From Macrostomum lignano (Eukaryota), in NCBI GenBank assembly GCA_002269645.1, contig NIVC01002916.1, positions 66,281-130,280 on the forward strand: a stretch of 64,000 nucleotides of DNA, written 5' to 3'. Under the pieces are notes generated by a model that was given only the letters and a program-made list of their open reading frames with translations, did not search any database and was not told the DNA's origin. This document shows, in pieces, positions 55,650-64,000 of this stretch (positions within the stretch are counted from its first letter, which is position 1; every line of letters begins with the position of its first letter). A program made the translations under genes and the position numbers.

Positions 55650-55932
55650 TATACTCAGCAACATTGAAAAGTCGCCACTCTATGCGCCAGTGATCAATTT
55701 GTCTTGGACTATTCTGAAATAAAAGATGCCAGAAAAACTGATCGGGGTAGCTTTGATCCGTCCAAACCTCGCACACCGCTCCCCCACTCCATTCCTCAAC
55801 TCAAGTCTGCCGTGGCGTAGCTGAGTTGCGTCGCTCGCAAATATTGAGAGAGACTTTACCTGCACTCTCTCAAAAGTGGCGACCACAGACGGAATCTTCT
55901 GTGATGGCGACTTTTCAATGTTGCTGAGTATA
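55650..55932. mobile_element. 283-bp MITE-like element (Tc1/mariner-like, TA-flanked) in each array unit; other copies 57297-57579, 58944-59226, 60591-60873, 62234-62516, 63877-window end
   Basis: Perfect 28-bp inverted repeat TATACTCAGCAACATTGAAAAGTCGCCA (55650-55677) / TGGCGACTTTTCAATGTTGCTGAGTATA (55905-55932). Confidence 0.75.
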
Positions 55933-56234
55933 ATTCATTGTTGGCGCCATCAACAAAGTTGTACATGTACATATGCACATCCGCACGCATAGAGCGATCT
56001 AAGAAATTACATTTGATTATTGCAACTCGAAGAGATCTAGTATAGCCTAGTATAGCCTCTGTACACCGCGATGCATATGCGCGCTATATCATGCTATGCT
56101 ATAATGGTGCAACAACTAATTTACAACTTGCGGGTAAATAGAATATTTAGTTTAAAATAATTAGTAGGACACGCTAAATCCAGAATTACAATCAACCAAC
56201 TATAATTAATTGATGTTGTCTTTAGCTTTGTTAG

Positions 56235-56347
56235 GCAGCCGCGGTAGCGCGGCTTGTCAAAAATTGAGTAGATCGCTCAATTGGATCCACGCGGTGTCTT
56301 ACCATGCAAAATTAAGAGTCTTCGCAGTAAGAGACCGTCGATACGGC
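56235..56347 (-). ncRNA. SL RNA: Spliced-leader (SL) RNA gene, copy 1; SL exon 56303-56347
   Basis: GCCGTATCGACGGTCTCTTACTGCGAAGACTCTTAATTTTGCATG|GTAAGA: the exon ends in AUG (flatworm hallmark), the donor GTAAGA can pair with TCTTAC in the exon, stem-loop AATTGAG…CTCAATT, Sm site AATTTTTGA, 3' hairpin AGCCGCG-CTAC-CGCGGCT. Transcript ends are approximate. Confidence 0.92.
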
Positions 56348-56923
56348 AAAGAGACGAGCTGGAACCGGCTCTCACTGAGTGCACAGCTCTCCGTTTGAGC
56401 CTCGAGCCCTAGGGCAAATTATTTTGTTGAACTTTATCTACTCCAAGTAAGTTTTGCCGACTAGTGCAGCATTATTTTGCACTAGAGCTTGAAAAGAGCT
56501 GCGCGAAAAAGTTTCTTTCTTTCTTTTAGCCGACATGTTTAGAAAGTGTGCACACAAACGCGCCTCCTAGTTGATTGATTGATGGCTATAAATCAAGTAA
56601 AATTCCCATGTGAGAAATGGAGATACTCGTAAAACTATTAATACACAGTGCATAAGTGCATTAGCGTTACCGCGTGCAAATGCAAAGTGCGCATACAAAA
56701 TATGAAACGCGAATCGAATCCCTTGACTTGATAGAGTGGAGTGGAACTCGAAAGGAAGGAATCAGCAGACACCTATGCCGTATGCCCGTATGGTAAAAAT
56801 TCAAGCAGCATCCAATCCAGTTGGCGGGCGCGGGCGGATTAGTGGGCCTGGGCCTAAGTATTAATGCATGCAGCAGCTGGAGTTAGTTGATGAGCGCGCG
56901 GCATGCAGTTAAAGAGGCAAAAA

Positions 56924-57042
56924 AGACAACAGCATTTGGTATTCCCAGGCGGTCACCCATCCAAGTACTAACCAAACCCAACGTTGCTTAACTTCGGTGA
57001 TCAGACGAGAACCGGTGTTTTCAACGTGGTATGGCCGTTGCC
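56924..57042 (-). rRNA. 5S rRNA: 5S rRNA gene, copy 2
   Basis: Same sequence as copy 1. Confidence 0.98.
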
Positions 57043-57881
57043 ACTGGCTGATAGGAGCTGAGCTCATAATTAACCTGAACCTGCAGCTACATGTATATAC
57101 GGACCATACGGTACGGATCAATTGTGTGGGCCGCCTCTCGTCTATACTCTAATTATTGTAATATATAATTAGTAATGCGGACGGATTTACCGCGCTCGTA
57201 GTATATAGTGAACTATAGTGGTGATTTGCAGTCAAGTCAAAGTCAACCTAACTAGCTCAACGCAAACAGTAACGCGTACAGTCCAGCTTGACTCTGTATA
57301 CTCAGCAACATTGAAAAGTCGCCACTCTATGCGCCAGTGATCAATTTGTCTTGGACTATTCTGAAATAAAAGATGCCAGAAAAACTGATCGGGGTAGCTT
57401 TGATCCGTCCAAACCTCGCACACCGCTCCCCCACTCCATTCCTCAACTCAAGTCTGCCGTGGCGTAGCTGAGTTGCGTCGCTCGCAAATATTGAGAGAGA
57501 CTTTACCTGCACTCTCTCAAAAGTGGCGACCACAGACGGAATCTTCTGTGATGGCGACTTTTCAATGTTGCTGAGTATAATTCATTGTTGGCGCCATCAA
57601 CAAAGTTGTACATGTACATATGCACATCCGCACGCATAGAGCGATCTAAGAAATTACATTTGATTATTGCAACTCGAAGAGATCTAGTATAGCCTAGTAT
57701 AGCCTCTGTACACCGCGATGCATATGCGCGCTATATCATGCTATGCTATAATGGTGCAACAACTAATTTACAACTTGCGGGTAAATAGAATATTTAGTTT
57801 AAAATAATTAGTAGGACACGCTAAATCCAGAATTACAATCAACCAACTATAATTAATTGATGTTGTCTTTAGCTTTGTTAG

Positions 57882-57994
57882 GCAGCCGCGGTAGCGCGGC
57901 TTGTCAAAAATTGAGTAGATCGCTCAATTGGATCCACGCGGTGTCTTACCATGCAAAATTAAGAGTCTTCGCAGTAAGAGACCGTCGATACGGC
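57882..57994 (-). ncRNA. SL RNA: SL RNA gene, copy 2
   Basis: Same sequence as copy 1. Confidence 0.92.
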
Positions 57995-58570
57995 AAAGAG
58001 ACGAGCTGGAACCGGCTCTCACTGAGTGCACAGCTCTCCGTTTGAGCCTCGAGCCCTAGGGCAAATTATTTTGTTGAACTTTATCTACTCCAAGTAAGTT
58101 TTGCCGACTAGTGCAGCATTATTTTGCACTAGAGCTTGAAAAGAGCTGCGCGAAAAAGTTTCTTTCTTTCTTTTAGCCGACATGTTTAGAAAGTGTGCAC
58201 ACAAACGCGCCTCCTAGTTGATTGATTGATGGCTATAAATCAAGTAAAATTCCCATGTGAGAAATGGAGATACTCGTAAAACTATTAATACACAGTGCAT
58301 AAGTGCATTAGCGTTACCGCGTGCAAATGCAAAGTGCGCATACAAAATATGAAACGCGAATCGAATCCCTTGACTTGATAGAGTGGAGTGGAACTCGAAA
58401 GGAAGGAATCAGCAGACACCTATGCCGTATGCCCGTATGGTAAAAATTCAAGCAGCATCCAATCCAGTTGGCGGGCGCGGGCGGATTAGTGGGCCTGGGC
58501 CTAAGTATTAATGCATGCAGCAGCTGGAGTTAGTTGATGAGCGCGCGGCATGCAGTTAAAGAGGCAAAAA

Positions 58571-58689
58571 AGACAACAGCATTTGGTATTCCCAGGCGGT
58601 CACCCATCCAAGTACTAACCAAACCCAACGTTGCTTAACTTCGGTGATCAGACGAGAACCGGTGTTTTCAACGTGGTATGGCCGTTGCC
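58571..58689 (-). rRNA. 5S rRNA: 5S rRNA gene, copy 3
   Basis: Same sequence as copy 1. Confidence 0.98.
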
Positions 58690-59528
58690 ACTGGCTGATA
58701 GGAGCTGAGCTCATAATTAACCTGAACCTGCAGCTACATGTATATACGGACCATACGGTACGGATCAATTGTGTGGGCCGCCTCTCGTCTATACTCTAAT
58801 TATTGTAATATATAATTAGTAATGCGGACGGATTTACCGCGCTCGTAGTATATAGTGAACTATAGTGGTGATTTGCAGTCAAGTCAAAGTCAACCTAACT
58901 AGCTCAACGCAAACAGTAACGCGTACAGTCCAGCTTGACTCTGTATACTCAGCAACATTGAAAAGTCGCCACTCTATGCGCCAGTGATCAATTTGTCTTG
59001 GACTATTCTGAAATAAAAGATGCCAGAAAAACTGATCGGGGTAGCTTTGATCCGTCCAAACCTCGCACACCGCTCCCCCACTCCATTCCTCAACTCAAGT
59101 CTGCCGTGGCGTAGCTGAGTTGCGTCGCTCGCAAATATTGAGAGAGACTTTACCTGCACTCTCTCAAAAGTGGCGACCACAGACGGAATCTTCTGTGATG
59201 GCGACTTTTCAATGTTGCTGAGTATAATTCATTGTTGGCGCCATCAACAAAGTTGTACATGTACATATGCACATCCGCACGCATAGAGCGATCTAAGAAA
59301 TTACATTTGATTATTGCAACTCGAAGAGATCTAGTATAGCCTAGTATAGCCTCTGTACACCGCGATGCATATGCGCGCTATATCATGCTATGCTATAATG
59401 GTGCAACAACTAATTTACAACTTGCGGGTAAATAGAATATTTAGTTTAAAATAATTAGTAGGACACGCTAAATCCAGAATTACAATCAACCAACTATAAT
59501 TAATTGATGTTGTCTTTAGCTTTGTTAG

Positions 59529-59641
59529 GCAGCCGCGGTAGCGCGGCTTGTCAAAAATTGAGTAGATCGCTCAATTGGATCCACGCGGTGTCTTACCATG
59601 CAAAATTAAGAGTCTTCGCAGTAAGAGACCGTCGATACGGC
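59529..59641 (-). ncRNA. SL RNA: SL RNA gene, copy 3
   Basis: Same sequence as copy 1. Confidence 0.92.
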
Positions 59642-60217
59642 AAAGAGACGAGCTGGAACCGGCTCTCACTGAGTGCACAGCTCTCCGTTTGAGCCTCGAG
59701 CCCTAGGGCAAATTATTTTGTTGAACTTTATCTACTCCAAGTAAGTTTTGCCGACTAGTGCAGCATTATTTTGCACTAGAGCTTGAAAAGAGCTGCGCGA
59801 AAAAGTTTCTTTCTTTCTTTTAGCCGACATGTTTAGAAAGTGTGCACACAAACGCGCCTCCTAGTTGATTGATTGATGGCTATAAATCAAGTAAAATTCC
59901 CATGTGAGAAATGGAGATACTCGTAAAACTATTAATACACAGTGCATAAGTGCATTAGCGTTACCGCGTGCAAATGCAAAGTGCGCATACAAAATATGAA
60001 ACGCGAATCGAATCCCTTGACTTGATAGAGTGGAGTGGAACTCGAAAGGAAGGAATCAGCAGACACCTATGCCGTATGCCCGTATGGTAAAAATTCAAGC
60101 AGCATCCAATCCAGTTGGCGGGCGCGGGCGGATTAGTGGGCCTGGGCCTAAGTATTAATGCATGCAGCAGCTGGAGTTAGTTGATGAGCGCGCGGCATGC
60201 AGTTAAAGAGGCAAAAA

Positions 60218-60336
60218 AGACAACAGCATTTGGTATTCCCAGGCGGTCACCCATCCAAGTACTAACCAAACCCAACGTTGCTTAACTTCGGTGATCAGAC
60301 GAGAACCGGTGTTTTCAACGTGGTATGGCCGTTGCC
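60218..60336 (-). rRNA. 5S rRNA: 5S rRNA gene, copy 4
   Basis: Same sequence as copy 1. Confidence 0.98.
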
Positions 60337-61171
60337 ACTGGCTGATAGGAGCTGAGCTCATAATTAACCTGAACCTGCAGCTACATGTATATACGGACCA
60401 TACGGTACGGATCAATTGTGTGGGCCGCCTCTCGTCTATACTCTAATTATTGTAATATATAATTAGTAATGCGGACGGATTTACCGCGCTCGTAGTATAT
60501 AGTGAACTATAGTGGTGATTTGCAGTCAAGTCAAAGTCAACCTAACTAGCTCAACGCAAACAGTAACGCGTACAGTCCAGCTTGACTCTGTATACTCAGC
60601 AACATTGAAAAGTCGCCACTCTATGCGCCAGTGATCAATTTGTCTTGGACTATTCTGAAATAAAAGATGCCAGAAAAACTGATCGGGGTAGCTTTGATCC
60701 GTCCAAACCTCGCACACCGCTCCCCCACTCCATTCCTCAACTCAAGTCTGCCGTGGCGTAGCTGAGTTGCGTCGCTCGCAAATATTGAGAGAGACTTTAC
60801 CTGCACTCTCTCAAAAGTGGCGACCACAGACGGAATCTTCTGTGATGGCGACTTTTCAATGTTGCTGAGTATAATTCATTGTTGGCGCCATCAACAAAGT
60901 TGTACATGTACATATGCACATCCGCACGCATAGAGCGATCTAAGAAATTACATTTGATTATTGCAACTCGAAGAGATCTAGTATAGCCTAGTATAGCCTC
61001 TGTACACCGCGATGCATATGCGCGCTATATCATGCTATGCTATAATGGTGCAACAACTAATTTACAACTTGCGGGTAAATAGAATATTTAGTTTAAAATA
61101 ATTAGTAGGACACGCTAAATCCAGAATTACAATCAACTATAATTAATTGATGTTGTCTTTAGCTTTGTTAG

Positions 61172-61284
61172 GCAGCCGCGGTAGCGCGGCTTGTCAAAAA
61201 TTGAGTAGATCGCTCAATTGGATCCACGCGGTGTCTTACCATGCAAAATTAAGAGTCTTCGCAGTAAGAGACCGTCGATACGGC
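61172..61284 (-). ncRNA. SL RNA: SL RNA gene, copy 4
   Basis: Same sequence as copy 1. Confidence 0.92.
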
Positions 61285-61860
61285 AAAGAGACGAGCTGGA
61301 ACCGGCTCTCACTGAGTGCACAGCTCTCCGTTTGAGCCTCGAGCCCTAGGGCAAATTATTTTGTTGAACTTTATCTACTCCAAGTAAGTTTTGCCGACTA
61401 GTGCAGCATTATTTTGCACTAGAGCTTGAAAAGAGCTGCGCGAAAAAGTTTCTTTCTTTCTTTTAGCCGACATGTTTAGAAAGTGTGCACACAAACGCGC
61501 CTCCTAGTTGATTGATTGATGGCTATAAATCAAGTAAAATTCCCATGTGAGAAATGGAGATACTCGTAAAACTATTAATACACAGTGCATAAGTGCATTA
61601 GCGTTACCGCGTGCAAATGCAAAGTGCGCATACAAAATATGAAACGCGAATCGAATCCCTTGACTTGATAGAGTGGAGTGGAACTCGAAAGGAAGGAATC
61701 AGCAGACACCTATGCCGTATGCCCGTATGGTAAAAATTCAAGCAGCATCCAATCCAGTTGGCGGGCGCGGGCGGATTAGTGGGCCTGGGCCTAAGTATTA
61801 ATGCATGCAGCAGCTGGAGTTAGTTGATGAGCGCGCGGCATGCAGTTAAAGAGGCAAAAA

Positions 61861-61979
61861 AGACAACAGCATTTGGTATTCCCAGGCGGTCACCCATCCA
61901 AGTACTAACCAAACCCAACGTTGCTTAACTTCGGTGATCAGACGAGAACCGGTGTTTTCAACGTGGTATGGCCGTTGCC
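61861..61979 (-). rRNA. 5S rRNA: 5S rRNA gene, copy 5
   Basis: Same sequence as copy 1. Confidence 0.98.
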
Positions 61980-62818
61980 ACTGGCTGATAGGAGCTGAGC
62001 TCATAATTAACCTGAACCTGCAGCTACATGTATATACGGACCATACGGTACGGATCAATTGTGTGGGCCGCCTCTCGTCTATACTCTAATTATTGTAATA
62101 TATAATTAGTAATGCGGACGGATTTACCGCGCTCGTAGTATATAGTGAACTATAGTGGTGATTTGCAGTCAAGTCAAAGTCAACCTAACTAGCTCAACGC
62201 AAACAGTAACGCGTACAGTCCAGCTTGACTCTGTATACTCAGCAACATTGAAAAGTCGCCACTCTATGCGCCAGTGATCAATTTGTCTTGGACTATTCTG
62301 AAATAAAAGATGCCAGAAAAACTGATCGGGGTAGCTTTGATCCGTCCAAACCTCGCACACCGCTCCCCCACTCCATTCCTCAACTCAAGTCTGCCGTGGC
62401 GTAGCTGAGTTGCGTCGCTCGCAAATATTGAGAGAGACTTTACCTGCACTCTCTCAAAAGTGGCGACCACAGACGGAATCTTCTGTGATGGCGACTTTTC
62501 AATGTTGCTGAGTATAATTCATTGTTGGCGCCATCAACAAAGTTGTACATGTACATATGCACATCCGCACGCATAGAGCGATCTAAGAAATTACATTTGA
62601 TTATTGCAACTCGAAGAGATCTAGTATAGCCTAGTATAGCCTCTGTACACCGCGATGCATATGCGCGCTATATCATGCTATGCTATAATGGTGCAACAAC
62701 TAATTTACAACTTGCGGGTAAATAGAATATTTAGTTTAAAATAATTAGTAGGACACGCTAAATCCAGAATTACAATCAACCAACTATAATTAATTGATGT
62801 TGTCTTTAGCTTTGTTAG

Positions 62819-62930
62819 GCAGCCGCGGTAGCGCGGCTTGTCAAAATTGAGTAGATCGCTCAATTGGATCCACGCGGTGTCTTACCATGCAAAATTAAGA
62901 GTCTTCGCAGTAAGAGACCGTCGATACGGC
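62819..62930 (-). ncRNA. SL RNA: SL RNA gene, copy 5 (Sm site one T shorter, AATTTTGA)
   Basis: Same as copy 1 except a 1-nt deletion in the Sm U-run. Confidence 0.9.
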
Positions 62931-63507
62931 AAAGAGACGAGCTGGAACCGGCTCTCACTGAGTGCACAGCTCTCCGTTTGAGCCTCGAGCCCTAGGGCAA
63001 ATTATTTTGTTGAACTTTATCTACTCCAAGTAAGTTTTGCCGACTAGTGCAGCATTATTTTGCACTAGAGCTTGAAAAGAGCTGCGCGAAAAAGTTTCTT
63101 TCTTTCTTTTAGCCGACATGTTTAGAAAGTGTGCACACAAACGCGCCTCCTAGTTGATTGATTGATGGCTATAAATCAAGTAAAATTCCCATGTGAGAAA
63201 TGGAGATACTCGTAAAACTATTAATACACAGTGCATAAGTGCATTAGCGTTACCGCGTGCTAATGCAAAGTGCGCATACAAAATATGAAACGCGAATCGA
63301 ATCCCTTGACTTGATAGAGTGGAGTGGAACTCGAAAGGAAGGAATCAGCAGACACCTATGCCGTATGCCCGTATGGTAAAAATTCAAGCAGCATCAATCC
63401 AGTTGGCGGGCGCGCGGGCGGATTAGTGGGCCTGGGCCTAAGTATTAATGCATGCAGCAGCTGGAGTTAGTTGATGAGCGCGCGGCATGCAGTTAAAGAG
63501 GCAAAAA

Positions 63508-63626
63508 AGACAACAGCATTTGGTATTCCCAGGCGGTCACCCATCCAAGTACTAACCAAACCCAACGTTGCTTAACTTCGGTGATCAGACGAGAACCGGT
63601 GTTTTCAACGTGGTATGGCCGTTGCC
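63508..63626 (-). rRNA. 5S rRNA: 5S rRNA gene, copy 6
   Basis: Same sequence as copy 1. Confidence 0.98.
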
Positions 63627-64000
63627 ACTGGCTGATAGGAGCTGAGCTCATAATTAACCTGAACTGCAGCTACATGTATATACGGACCATACGGTACGGA
63701 TCAATTGTGTGGGCCTCTCGTCTATACTCTAATTATTGTAATATATAATTAGTAATGCGGACGGATTTACCGCGCTCGTAGTATATATGAACTATAGTGG
63801 TGATTTGCCAGTCAAGTCAAAGTCAACCTAACTAGCTCAACGCAAACAGTAACGCGTACAGTCCAGCTTGACTCTGTATACTCAGCAACATTGAAAAGTC
63901 CGCACTCTATGCGCCAGTGATCAATTTGTCTTGGACTATTCTGAAATAAAAGATGCCAGAAAAACTGATCGGGGTAGCTTTGATCCGTCCAACCTCGCAC

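Larger units (their letters stand above)
55019..64000. repeat. Tandem array of a 1647-bp 5S rDNA / SL RNA unit (about 5.5 copies, continues beyond the window)
   Basis: Identical blocks recur at 1647-bp spacing; one unit is 1643 bp. Confidence 0.98.

Noticed and set aside
55853-55870. ACTTTACCTGCACTC resembles the U1 snRNA 5' end and loop II
   Set aside because: No U1 stem-loop I sequence, no correctly placed Sm site, and it sits in a hairpin loop within the inverted-repeat element.
55262-64000. Recurrent 62-70 aa ORFs in the 1647-bp unit
   Set aside because: They overlap the 5S gene, the SL RNA gene (antisense) and the MITE, show no protein motif, and recur only because the unit is repeated.

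Overview
Eukaryotic, intron-rich genomic DNA, most likely from a Macrostomum-type flatworm (inferred from an AUG-ending spliced-leader RNA, GC-rich exons and minisatellite-filled introns). The left 44 kb holds three protein-coding genes: the last exon of a RICTOR-like gene (+, 959-1956), a multi-exon PLEKHG5/6/7-like DH-PH RhoGEF (-, about 4.7-21 kb) and a DYRK2/3-like kinase (-, 35.2-43.6 kb). Almost every intron contains a different tandem repeat, and one DYRK intron holds a decayed Ty3/gypsy remnant. 45.8-55 kb is a cluster of transposons: a MITE-like inverted repeat, a head-to-tail dimer of a non-autonomous Helitron, a decayed intron-containing THAP/P-element transposase and a foldback-type element with a nested insertion. 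From about 55.0 kb to the window end runs a near-perfect 1647-bp tandem array. Each unit carries a 5S rRNA gene, a spliced-leader (SL) RNA gene and a 283-bp element with perfect 28-bp terminal inverted repeats. Most long ORFs in the supplied track are artefacts of simple repeats. All family assignments come from remembered motifs, not database searches.
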